NCBI GenBank assembly: GCA_977018835.1
Contig: OZ361256.1
Location: 6,324,001-6,388,000 of the forward strand
Origin: Minutocellus sp. GHC0000111
Taxonomy: Eukaryota
Length of the DNA stretch: 64,000 nt
Reading direction: 5' to 3'
Positions within the stretch are counted from its first letter, which is position 1, and every line of letters begins with the position of its first letter. The position numbers and the translations under genes are program-made. The notes under the pieces were generated by a model. It searched no databases. It was not told the DNA's origin and saw only the letters and a program-made list of their open reading frames with translations. Shown one piece after another: positions 47,171 to 59,200 of this stretch.

Positions 47171-48427
47171 CTACACCACATAGATATCCCATCTATTGAT
47201 AGAACCGTTGATGATGTTCGATGGTTTCTTATCGACCAAGTCTCCTCCCAAAGGTGGCGCCTGGGATGGACGTTTGACTACCACCTTTTGTCGTGCTGCG
47301 CCAAGAGCTGCCTTTAGTAGCTCTGCTTCCTGCCTTAGCCGTTGATCTGCGTCTTCTTCCGATTGCGTTTCAAGCAGACCGTGCAAAATATTCATATTTT
47401 TCTTGACGAGAGCGGACTTTGTCCTTGGTGGAAACATTGGGTCCAGATAGCAAATATCTGGCCTATCTGCTCCTGAATCATCATCAATGTTGTTTTTCAA
47501 TTGAGCAAATCTTTGTGCAACCAACAATGCATCATTCTCTTCGAACGAAAGTTTTTTAGACAGATCTGTAGCTCTTGAAATGAGTTCTCCGTCACTATTG
47601 ACGCTATCTAAGTCGCTTTTTACAATCATCTCCATGCGTCGAAATGCATCCTGCAACAGAACAGCGACAATTGGATCTTTCTCTATCATGAGAACTGATG
47701 CTGCTCCACCGGATGCCATGATACAAGAATCACTGGCTAACCCCGCCGTGAGATCACAAACCGTGGAATCCTTATTCTTCCCCAGAGACGTTGCTTTGAT
47801 CAGTAATTCTCCACCCTTTTGCCCCCCACCGGCCAATCGTTTGCCCATTTTTGTGTTGGATTGGGGGCAAAAGTCCACAAAAAAAGGCTTTGCGAGATTA
47901 CGTTGCTTTCCCGCCTTTTTACTCCGTTTGGCCTTCCTCCTTGCAGAATTATTACCGTCCGTTGGTGATGAAAGAGATTGGATTGCAACCGCATAGGACT
48001 CGATGTCCATTATTTGGTATGGTTCCAGACAAAAGTAGTGAGTAAAAACCGGCGACGCTCCCCCTTGAGCTTCCTGGTCAACGAGCATGTCGATTTCGTC
48101 CTGCGTATGTATCGGCAGAGACAGGCGAGCAGATAGCTTATTCACTTCTTCTTTGAAATCACTACTGGGTGGAGCTAATATACAAACTCGATCGCCGTAT
48201 TGCACTTGTCTTGCTGCTGCTGTCAATCCTCTCTTGCGCATACGATTTGCCCCTGTTGGCGTAATTGCCGAGCAACTGTTGCCGGTCTGAAATGAAGGCG
48301 GCGGCACAAATGCGGTGGGTACCACTCGCCGGCGATCTCCACAGGCACTCGAAATGCTCACAGATATGCTTCGTGGCACTGCCAGCGACCGTTGGCTGAG
48401 GAGAAAGAAGACCATTGTGCCCTTCAT
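47171..48427 (-). CDS. rsmJ: SAM-dependent rRNA methyltransferase, RsmJ/YhiQ-like, probably organelle-targeted
   Basis: DLTAGLASDS, YLDPMFPPRTKSALVKK, KVVVKRP. Confidence 0.85.
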   Translation of the reverse strand: MKGTMVFFLLSQRSLAVPRSISVSISSACGDRRRVVPTAFVPPPSFQTGNSCSAITPTGANRMRKRGLTAAARQVQYGDRVCILAPPSSDFKEEVNKLSARLSLPIHTQDEIDMLVDQEAQGGASPVFTHYFCLEPYQIMDIESYAVAIQSLSSPTDGNNSARRKAKRSKKAGKQRNLAKPFFVDFCPQSNTKMGKRLAGGGQKGGELLIKATSLGKNKDSTVCDLTAGLASDSCIMASGGAASVLMIEKDPIVAVLLQDAFRRMEMIVKSDLDSVNSDGELISRATDLSKKLSFEENDALLVAQRFAQLKNNIDDDSGADRPDICYLDPMFPPRTKSALVKKNMNILHGLLETQSEEDADQRLRQEAELLKAALGAARQKVVVKRPSQAPPLGGDLVDKKPSNIINGSINRWDIYVV

Positions 48428-48593
48428 CGTGGCCGATTTCTGCTTTTACTTTGACGTGGGTGGTGGGTTTTGCAGTTTGCGCAGTCCTCGTAGTATCTGT
48501 CTGTCCGTCTGTCCGCATGCCCTGACTACGACTGCGCTGCTGCTGCCGCGCGCCGCCTTGCAGCAGCCATGGCACTGAACCCGTAGACGATAT

Positions 48594-49676
48594 ATGGTAG
48601 ATGTGATGGCGGTGCAATACTTTGATAGCGACTTTAGTTTTGAAGAGCATGCGAGGGAGTGTGCACCTGATTTTGAACATACGCTGACCGAGGCCTCGGA
48701 ACTGGCGCTAAGAGACGGTGCAATCAACTCGTCCTCAGAATGTATCAACTCTGATGTCGAAGACATCGATGCACCAGGGAATGACCGACAAAGTGGCCAT
48801 CTCCATCCAACCGTACAGTCGGAATGTTGGGGTGCCTTTCACTCCTCCCACTCCCACGGGAACTTTTTCAAGAGTCGGCGGTACATCACGAAATGCTTCC
48901 CTTGTTTGTTAGATCATCCCTCCACTTCTTCTTTTTCTCCGAGAATTATTCTCGAGATCGGTTGTGGTAGCGGGAGTTCGTGTCTTCCTATTATCAAGGG
49001 ACTCCTATCAGAGAGTCCAGAATTCACAGAATTGCCACCATTTGCTCTTCTTGCATGCGATTCGAGCCCGGTGGCAGTGGAAACCACGAAGAGATGTGTA
49101 CAAGAGGCAACAAAGACTGCAGTGCCCCTGGCGCAATGCTTCAATGCTTTTGTAGCCGACCCCAGCATTTACTCAGAAGACACCAGTACATCTCTTTTGG
49201 AAAGAACGAAGGAAGCATATCAACAAATAGTACCAAATGATGATAGAGCCGTTGGTAATGATGATAGAGAAGGAGGAATAGCAGACGTGATTCTCTGCGT
49301 CTTCGTCTTGAGCGCAGTTGACCCAGCTCATGCGAAGATATTCATTCGTCAGGTTTACGAGAGCCTTTTACCAGGAGCCTATTGCTGCTTTCGAGACTAC
49401 GGGATGTTTGATCTGCCAATGATGCGGTTTCCCTCCAAGTCATACCGATTGAGTGTAGAGCGCGACTTCGATGATTGCCCGCCAAGGCTATTTGTTCGGG
49501 GCGACGGGACTCTCAGTCGATTTTTTCACTGCGAAACTGTTCAAAAGCTTTTCGAAGAGGCAGGTTTTACCACAGAAGAGTTGAGATATGCCACAGTATT
49601 CAACATCAATCGCAAGACAAAACAGAAACTAAAGCGTGTCTTTGTTCATGGGATCTTTCGCAAGCCAGTCGCATGA
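48594..49676 (+). CDS. tRNA N3-methylcytidine methyltransferase, METTL2/METTL6-like
   Basis: NFFKSRRY, ILEIGCGSG, VFVLSAV, FRDYGMFD, VRGDGT. Confidence 0.85.
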   Translation: MVDVMAVQYFDSDFSFEEHARECAPDFEHTLTEASELALRDGAINSSSECINSDVEDIDAPGNDRQSGHLHPTVQSECWGAFHSSHSHGNFFKSRRYITKCFPCLLDHPSTSSFSPRIILEIGCGSGSSCLPIIKGLLSESPEFTELPPFALLACDSSPVAVETTKRCVQEATKTAVPLAQCFNAFVADPSIYSEDTSTSLLERTKEAYQQIVPNDDRAVGNDDREGGIADVILCVFVLSAVDPAHAKIFIRQVYESLLPGAYCCFRDYGMFDLPMMRFPSKSYRLSVERDFDDCPPRLFVRGDGTLSRFFHCETVQKLFEEAGFTTEELRYATVFNINRKTKQKLKRVFVHGIFRKPVA

Positions 49677-49971
49677 AGCATAATTATTCAGCCCCATTTT
49701 CCTTCGCGTCCTTAGTTAGCTATCGTTATTAACAGTCACGCCTGTATGTTGCTGATGTAATGACACTAATATTTATGAACGCTAAATTTGCACTTCGATA
49801 TGACTGTCTTTGTCATCCCTGGCCAATTGATGGGTCAAGAAGACCAAATTAAATTCAAGTACATGTACAGGAAATATTGTGAGCGTTCATTTACTCCCCT
49901 GTTGATATGATTGATCAAATAAATTGTTCCTTGCTTCAGCAAGCTTCTCATTAGACGACTTCGAGGTCTGT

Positions 49972-52900
49972 CTAGTAGGGATCAAAAGTCTTGGCCGAGC
50001 GCTGGCTCTGACTACCGTACCCGCGGCTCTTCCTTTTGGGCTGGGAGAATTCCTCGTCGCTGTCGTCGTCACTCTCATCCTCCTCGGGATTCTCCTCGGC
50101 CTCTTCATCTTGTTCCTCTTCCTCTTCACCGGGCTCCTCGGCGATGCTTCCTTTGATGGAACCACCTTCCGTGTCAGAGCCGTCTCCAGAGCCATCTGGG
50201 GAGGCCTCATCACCATCCTTCTCGTACAGAGGGGAGAGACTGCGCAGGCCGCTGACACTGCTCATGTGAGAGCGATTGGTACTACCGCCACGAGAGTACT
50301 TTCCGCCGGTGGAAGGACTTGGAGTCATATGGTCATCGGCATCATTTACTGCCATGGGCGTATCGAGCGTACCGTGAGTAGCACGGCTAGCTCCATCATC
50401 GTCTACCGAGATTGCGGTCGGCTCGAGACCCAGAGCCTTCCGAAAAGTTTGAAGCGCTTCGAGATCTTCTTCGAGCACTTCATTGAAGTCGGGATGGTCG
50501 TGAAGCACAATCTCATTCTCGTCGAGAAATTCCTTGAGCGTCTGCTTCTGAGCTTTGTTCTTCTTGGCCCAGTTGGCATACTTGACGAGGATTTTGAGGA
50601 AGCTTAGGCGAGTACCCAGGGCCCACTCGTCTTCTTCGTCACCATCGCCACCAGTGTTAGAGAAGGCAAATCTGATACCTTCCTGGACGAATCCAAGAAG
50701 CGCGGGAGCCAGTTCCTTGTTCAATTTGCCAACGCCGAGGGATTGGGAGAGTTTCCAGGCCTGCTGCTCGAGATCAAGGAACTGCTGCTTGTGAGCCTTC
50801 TCGGCATTCTCGAAGGCAGTCATTTCAGCATCAGTTGGCATATCACCAGGCTCCTCTGGTTCATTGTCGATCCAGTCTTGAAACTGAAAAAGCAGATCGC
50901 CAAGAGGAAATGAAAAAATGGAAAGTATAAGCAATGGTGTATCAAGGAAAGCACCAGAGAAGAGAAGATGGAAAGAAGCCCGCTGTCCATTACCAATTGC
51001 TAAATCCTTACTTACCGACTGACGCAAGCTAGCCATCTGGGCCTCCAGATAGCGGACTGGATCGTTCTTCTTGAGGACTTTCGAGAGAGCTGACATGGCG
51101 GAGTGTGCGGTGTCGCCGCTTCCGGTCAAATGAGCGAGGGCAACGCCAGCTTCCCGGCGATTGCCTTCCTTCCAATTAAAGGCGAGGACCCTGGCAATGG
51201 GAAGAAGCAACGTGTCGTTGCCCACCATATCCTCTTCCTCGGCCGCATCGTTGGCACGAAGCATTTCCTCTTTAGACCGGAGGCAACGTACAAACCCACC
51301 GATCAGTCTGCCGTCATTTACAATCGCAAAGGCGCGAAGGAGTGGGGAGGCGGCATGGGCCCACTCCTTGGGGAAGAGAGAGCGCAGATCCGTTGCTGCA
51401 CGAGAGGCCACAATTTGCACATATGTCGCAAAGGTCTTCTGGTCGTCGGTGTAATGAGTCGCGATGCTTTCGTCGTCATCGCCGATAGGTGAGTCTTCAA
51501 CGAATTGCTCATAACAAAGCTCGATAAGGGCAATTGCCCGATCGCGGAGGCGAAGGACGACATGATCTTCACTTTCATCGTCGTCGTCATCGTCGTTAAC
51601 TTCCTCCATGATATCGTCGTCATCGTCATCAAGGACAAGGCTTTCCTCTTCCATTACCTCATGTAGCCTCCAGCTGGTAGCAGTTTTGATGAGTTGTAGG
51701 CCCTGTTCGACGGCCCGGGCAGTAATCATTGCCATATTCTTCTCGTCTTTATCCCAGATCGAGGTGTGTTTGGTACTGGTCGATGCAACGGTGCTTTCAC
51801 CCTCAGTTACGTCGTCCTTGGCGGCGGAAGGCTTGCGAGCGTTGAGACGCTTCGCAAGTCCATCGGCAATGACAGAGCAAATGGCTTCTACACCATCGTC
51901 ATCATCAGAAGCGTCCCCATCGTCGTCTTGCAAGTATGGTGATAGGTTGCAGCGCTGGAACAAGATTCGGAATCGCATGAGGTTGAGGTAGACACCATGC
52001 TCGATCTCAACAGCAGTGCTTGATTCATTGATACCGTCATCTTCATCATCCGTCACATTCGCAGTTGACGCCCGGCTAGATGGAGACTCGCCTCTGCGTC
52101 TCTTGCTGGGCGTCTTGCCGGTCGAGCGTCTCTTGCGCTTGGAGCTGGCTTCGCTCTGGCTGCCATCAGAGGGCATGTCGGCGAATAGATCGACAAGTCG
52201 ATCTCTAAGCACTTGAGAGATGTTCTTGAGCTGTAGGCTCCCATCGGGCGCACGGCTATGGTCGCCATCCGAGAGGTATCGGAGTGATAGCGACACATTT
52301 TCCAACACAGTTTCGTCCGATGATTGGAGGAAGATGTCCGAGAGCCTCTTGACGAGGGAAATGAAGTCACCCTTTCTTTGTGGTAGGCTGAAAACGGTCG
52401 GAACTGTATGATGAAAAGGAAAAGCATATGCATTTATGAGCAAAACAGATGAGAAGAAGTGTTTCAGCAGCAAACCACAAAATCACATGTATCAATTCCA
52501 AATCGATGTACGAAGAGAAATAACAGAAACTTACGCAAATAACGAGGGAGAGTTGTGAGGCTAGCAGTGACTGCTGGATCCGTCGTGAATTTGACAAGCA
52601 AGTCGGGCAGGACCTTGAGTAGGGCGATGGAGAGGTTCTCGTGCTGAATGTCGGCGGAACCCTTCTTAGTTGTACCCTTGCTCCCGGTCTTGGCGACCTC
52701 ATCCTCGTCGAGGAGAGCTGCTTCTGCGGCAAGCACGTCGGGGTCGATACAGTTCTCAAATAGAGAAGAATCGCCGACAGCACCGACCTCTGCCTTGACG
52801 GCGGCAGCCATCATTTGAACAAGAATCCGCTGCTTGGCCACGTCTACTCGGTCACCTGCAACGTTGCCATTGCCGTTCATGGTAACAGCATCGTCACCGA

Positions 52901-55847
52901 TGGCTCTTAGCATGGCGGACCATGTGGTGACGAGGGCTCTATTCTCGGGCATAGCGCGAAGGGAATGGACAAGATAGTCCGACAGGTTGACGCGAATTTT
53001 ATCGATAGGAATATCTCCATCCGTCAAGAGAACGGCACACCACGAAGCGATGGCGTCAACGCGCTGGGCGATACGACGATCGGACGAATCAGAGGCGCTG
53101 GTGGATTCCTTACCACGTCGGCGTCTGGCGGCAGCGACGACATCTTCTTCATCGCTATCTTCCTCCCCTTCATCGAATGCCTCGAGCTGCTCCAATACGA
53201 AGTAGAGAGCATCGCGACGTACGGAAGGGGACGTGTCTGCGGCAACAGCACGATTATTGATTTGACTCCAACTGTGTGTGTAGAGCATAATTGACAAAGA
53301 AATAAATAAGATTTGGTGAGTCATATAGCCAGTGTGTGAGAGATGTGGCCTTATGTAGAAGTAAAGCGCATTGAGTACCGGTAAGCTTCACTTACAGATT
53401 GTCATCTTCGCACTCATCGAGGAAGCCCTCCCGAAGCAGACTGAGAAGGAGGGCCATGGCCTTCTCCTGAACGCGGAGGTCGGTGTCGATGACCGCATCT
53501 GCCAACCGGGGCAGGAACTTCGTGACGACGTGCTGCAGCAGAGTAAGATCAATGCGCTCGGCGGCCTTGAGGACGGCAGAGTCGGACGACGTCGAGGCCT
53601 TCTGGATGGCATCGAAGGGTGCCAGTAGTCCACCAATAGCCGCTAAACGCACGGTGACGTCCTTGTCGGACATCATCCAGCCGAAGTACTTGAGGTACTT
53701 GTCGCGAAGGAACATTTCCGGACGCTGGAGGGTCATAACGGAGAGGGCCTGGATAGATACGGCACGGATATGAGGCGACGAGTCGCGGTAACGATGGACA
53801 AAGATACCGTTGATCGTGGTATTCTCAATAACACTCTCGTCGAGATTGGCAAGGGTCCTCTTGAGAGAATCGACTTGATGCTGGAGCGATTCGACCTTGT
53901 CACTGCCGCCGGATCGGCCTCCCTGCTTCTTGGCGGCCTTGAGCTGGCGCTGCGCTACTTCCAGGCGCGTTGACAGGTGGACGGTCTTGTCGAGGACGGC
54001 CTGGCCGACCTTGTAGGCAGCAACGACGGCAGCAGCCCGAACATCCGGCTGACCGACATTATTGATGTCCTGAAGACGGTTGATGAGGTTGTTCACCAGC
54101 TCGGCATCGTACCGAACAGTGGAGGAAATCGGGAAGGATGCCTTCTTTTCTTCTTGGACTTGACTCCCTTCTTCGACGACGTAGTCTTGCCATCGGTGGT
54201 ATCTTCCTCGTCGGAGGAAGACATCTCATCATCATCCTCTTCGTCCGACGAACCATCTTCCTCCTCGTCGGAGGATACCTGCGCGGGAGCGTTGGCCATC
54301 CCACCCTCGGTAAGGGCCACGTCGCCAAGGACGTACCAGAACTCCTCGTAGATCTTGCGGAATTCCCGCACCCCGAGGGAGCCGGCGGTGATCTTGGACG
54401 GGTCCCTGGAGGTGGAATGGACCGCCCCGAGCGGGTCGGCGCAGATGAGGATCTCGTCGGGCTTGGCCATGCGTATTTCGTCGACCAGGTTGGTCACCTT
54501 CTCGTTCCAGTCCTCGTCGTTCATGTCCTCGAGGTCGTCGTGGGTGGAATCGAACAGTACCTCGGTCGTACCGCCGACGGAGCGGAAGATGAGGTTGAGC
54601 AGATGGATCTGCGCCGTGTTGGGGTCGGCGTTGTGGATGGAGACGATCTTCTTGGCCAGGAGGGTTAGGTTGGGCGTGTAGATGGAGTGGGGTTGGGAGG
54701 TAACGATTCCCGCCGGGGCATTGGTTTTGGACAGGGCGGCGGCCATCTTCTTCCTCTGGGCCGCCGAGGCCGGACCGAGGAGGTTGGGCTGATGGGCATG
54801 GAGGAGGCTGGCCACGAGGGACTTGCAACAATCGGCACCGCCCGGCACCTCCTCCTCCTCCAGGACCTTCTTGGACAGATTGGCGAGGGCATTGTTGATC
54901 CCCTTGCGGCCCGAGGCTCCGCCCTTGGCGGCCTTGGTCGCTGACTTCCCCCCGCGTCCGCCACCGCCGCCGCCCTTCTTGGACTTGGCATTGCTATTCT
55001 TGACTTGGACGGCAATCTTCTTCCCGCCCCCGACGGCGGTCCGTTTCTTGGCGGCCGAAGTCGGCTTCTTGGACTTGGAACTGGACTGTCCCTTGCGCTT
55101 GCGGGCCGAGGTGGGCTCCACCTCTTCCTCAAAGTCCTCGTCGTCATTGTCATCTTCCTCCTCGTCGTCATCGTCCGACTCGTCATCGAGCATATCCTCG
55201 TCGGGCTCCTGATCGTCCGATACGGATGCCGCCTCTTCCTCCTCGGCATCGGAACCGGCGTCCTGCTCCTCATCTTCCGAGCTGTGTGTATGCAAATCAA
55301 ATCACATGACATGATATTTTTGTGGAGGCGAGTGAATGAGGATGCGGAACATGCATGGGATGGGTTGGGTCAGGGTGTGAATAATTATTGAACGTACTGA
55401 TGTGATTGCCATTAGTGCATACAGTAAGCACTTGCACGCGTATAAGAAGCCCGCCGGCCCCGACACATCGCATAACAATGCATTGGCAATTCGGTTCGGT
55501 CCCACACGCCCATGTGCCGACCGACCGGATACGCAAAGGAAATTGAACACAAACAAAGAATTAAAAACTTACGCATCGGACAACATTTCCTCATCCTCGT
55601 CCTCCTGCTTCTTCTTCTTTTTGGTGCTGGCGGTGCTCTTCTTCTTGCTCTTTGTCGCTGCTGCCCGACCACCCTTGGCCTTCTTCTTCTTCTTGGCGGA
55701 AGAGCCGGCGGAGGCCCGTCGGGCCTTGGCGGCCTTGGCGGCGGCGGCCGCGGCCTCCTTCTCCTCGGCGGCCTTCTCCGCCGCGGCCTCGGCGTACACC
55801 GACGTGGCCTGCTTCCGCTCCCGGCCGGAGCGGCGGATGGCGGTCAT
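49972..55847 (-). CDS. SCC3: Cohesin subunit SCC3/STAG (stromal antigen), about five exons
   Basis: IFVHRYRDSSPHIRA, FLRDKYLKYFGWMMSDKD, FLPRLADAVIDTD; introns near 55282-55571, 53273-53394, 52405-52534, 50884-51014; 1-bp shift in an A-run near 54148. Confidence 0.88.
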
Positions 55848-56215
55848 GGTGGTTGGATTTGGGGTTGGGGTTGCGGGAATTCTCCTGCGCTTGCCTTTGC
55901 GTATCGTTCGCAGCCAAGTTTTGTGTTGGTTTGTTTTGGGCGAAAATGAGGCTAGGAAAGTTGAGCCCGATTAGGCAGGTGCAGAGTCCCCTTGGCCCGA
56001 TACTTTTGATAAACCAAAAGCTCTTATTTGTTACAAAAATTGTATTGTTTTGTCCTTTTTCCGAGGCTCTGAGGGAGTAAATATTTGTAAAAATGTGAAA
56101 TTTACGCAGTTTATTGAGATTTTTGGCGGCTGGCTGGCTCTCCCCGGGTTCAAAACAATTCTCATCATTCGACGACGTTGAATTCAAAGTCGAGCAGAGA
56201 GGCAGCAACCGCACG

Positions 56216-59200
56216 ATGCTGCTGGAGGACCTGGACAGCCTGGTTGCGGCGTTCTCCCCGGTCCCCACCGCCGCTGCCGCCGTGGGCGCCTCCGGACGCA
56301 AGCAAAAGGCGTACGGGGCCAAAGACAAGGCCGAGCGGAAGGACGCCCGACGGCAGGCTCGCAAGATGGACACCTGGAAACAACAAGGAGCAGCAGCAGC
56401 AAGAAGCAACAGCAGAATGAGGAGCACGCCCAGGCCAAGGGCATTGGCGAAAATGGTGAAGATAACGACAACAGCACCGATGCAGTTGTCGACGGCAAGA
56501 GTGGCAGCGGCAGAAAGGCCGGTCGGTCCAGAAGCAGCAGCGCCAGCGCCAGCAGCGCGCTCGAGTCGCTCGTCGCTACAACTAGGGCTACGGAAACGGG
56601 TGCGATCGGTAGCAGGAGCAGCGGTAGTAGCAGTCCAATGCCCAGCCGTCGGCAGCAGCCCAGCACCAAGAGCGCCAAGAGCCGCAACAAGAGGGTGATG
56701 GATGAGGATACGAATGATACTGATATGAAGATGGCCCACCAGAATGATGATGGTGATGATGATGGGCCAGAGGTTGAGTCCGAGTCTGAGGCCGAACCCG
56801 AGATGGACCTGGGTCGGCAGAAGCAGCAGCAGCAGCGTATCCAGACCAATGGAAACGACCGAGAAGCCAATTACGATGATGAGGAGGAGGAGGAGGAAGA
56901 GGATCAAGGATTCGGCAATATTATGGACGTGGATAGCGATCAGGATGAAGACGAAGAGTACGTAGAGGAGGAAGAAGAGGATGGCGATGAAGAGGATGGT
57001 GATAATGATCACCATGGCGGTGTTGCTGCCGCCCAGACCCAAGCCGCCGCGGAGAAGAAGAAGGAGAAGGAGGCCGAGGTCTTCAGCCCGCCGATCCAAT
57101 CCACCAGGACCAGACCGTACGTCCGGGGGCGAATCAAGAGGACGATCGACGACGAAGATGATGATGACGATGAAGATGGCGACGAAGATGAGTCCGATGC
57201 CGATGCCAGGTCCTCTGGTGGTGATGACGAATCCTTTCCGAATGAAGAGGAGAATGATGATGATGAGCTGATTGCCCGGCAGAGTACCGCGAAGAAGGTC
57301 TACCAAGAAGCCAATGACGAGACCGAGGGCAATGACGGCCAAGATATTATGACTGATGCGGATGAGAAGAAGGAGAAGGATGGGCAAGTACTCGATGAAG
57401 ATGATGAAGTAGAGCAGGCTCAAGCATCCCTCGGCGGTGTGCTCGCCGTTACTTCGACCAGTGCGACCGGTACGGCTGGAAGGAGAACGCATCCGATGCT
57501 CCCGTCGCCCAGCCGTCGCCGAAGCCACAGCCGTGGTGGGGGAGATGCCCTGGCACTGATGCAGTATGCCGAGGAGCAAACGATGGAAAATGAGAAGGCG
57601 GACGACGGAAATGTCCCTGAAAGCCAAGGCACTCTAGAGAGTTTCTTTTCGGGCAAGAGTGACGAGCATCTCACTGATCCGGACGGAGATTTGGGCAATG
57701 GTGGGTTACTGACTCAGGGTTTTGATATTACCGGCGATAATCAGTCTGTGTCGGTGGCGGCCAAGAAGGCAAAGCGCAGTAGTGGTATGGATAAGCACCG
57801 GGTGGTGGAATCTCCATACAGCACCAACAGTCGGCTGTCTGATGCCGAGAGCTTCCAGACCAGTACTGGCATTGGTGGGAAGAAGACAAAGAAGGCGGAG
57901 AGAGACTCAAGTCTGAGCAAGAAGAAGAAGGGACGGCGCCATAACTACAGCGACGATGATTACCAGTCCGAGACCGATCACAACGTCCAAGACAGCGATA
58001 CTGATGAACCAGCCCACAAGCACCGCCGTCGCAGCTCTCGTCAGAAGCAGCAGAGGGGAAATTCCGCCTGGTACGCCGGTGACGTTGAAACTGATGATGA
58101 CGAGGAAAATGAGTTCATTGATGAGGAGGAGGAGGTGGAGGGCGCTGGTGATGCGAATAATGGCGGAGAAGAAGTGGTGGCTGCGTTCAAAAGCCGACGC
58201 CACCGTGGCAGGGAAGGCGCCAAACGCCGGGCTAGGTCCTCTACCAAGTCGCAGAGAACGGGCAGGTCCAGCGCAGTCTCGAGTGAAACCACCAGTATCG
58301 GTGACGAGAGTGATAATCAGGTCGACCGAGAAGGCAAGCCCCCCGAGGATAGTAGTACACCCAAGTCTACTGGTAAGAAGCGGAAGGGAAGCTCGGTCGA
58401 GGAGACGCCCAAGGCAGACAATCGTTCCCTCACGCAAATGGGACGAGATGCCAAGAAGGAGAAACGGCAAAAGTCTTCTACCTCTTCAGCTTCCTCTTCG
58501 AAATACGGCACCAACACCAAATTCAGCGATGATGGGCAGCACGACTCTTTGTCGTTCCCTTCTCAGAGTCAGACGGAAGGCAATGCCTCAAAACAGCGAT
58601 CGATATCGATTTCCAAGAAATCCAAAGGTGGGCCTCCCGGTGGTACCAAGAAGAAGAAGGGGAGAGGTGGTCAGGATTCTATTTCCAGAAGTATTCCCCG
58701 GGTCAAGGCTGGTACCTTATCCAAAGCATCAGCCTCAAACACAATCGAGGATCCGTTCATGGATAAGGATCCCTCCCTTGAAGCTGAGAAAGAGGATCCA
58801 ATCGATGAATTCGAGGACAGCTTCGGGGTAGGTCATGTGGATTCAGACGATGACAATGAGCTAAACTCAACGAACTTTATCGACGAACGTTGGGCTCCTC
58901 ATTCGCCCGAAGAGAACGATGCGGTACTTGACGGTAGCACAGGTACCACCGAGGTTGACAAGGCTGAATTGTCGTCTCCATCGACTGAGATAATGGGAGA
59001 AGCCGGACGGAGGCGTCGTCGGAGACTTCAAAGCGGAGGTCCTTCATCATTTACCAGTACATCTGTTTTGGAGACAGGAACGAAATTGCACAAGCCCACC
59101 ATCCGGTGGAGTCCTCAGGTCACCGGTAACCATAGCAAAGCGTCTTCCAGTAAAAAGAAGGCCCGTTCCGGAGAGGATCGCCATAGCTTCGCCGATGATG

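Noticed and set aside
40139..49676. TadA, RsmJ-like and METTL-like genes as an RNA-modification cluster
   Set aside because: Different substrates and probably compartments, unrelated genes interspersed; likely chance.
54140..54155. Frameshifts in SCC3 (and near 7940, 9535, 23885, 56380) as programmed frameshifting or pseudogenisation
   Set aside because: All are 1-bp changes in short homopolymer runs of otherwise intact genes; sequencing/assembly error is the simplest explanation.
55591..57627. 678-aa hydrophobic minus-strand ORF
   Set aside because: Antisense of Asp/Glu codon runs of the large plus-strand gene; crosses an AT-rich promoter.
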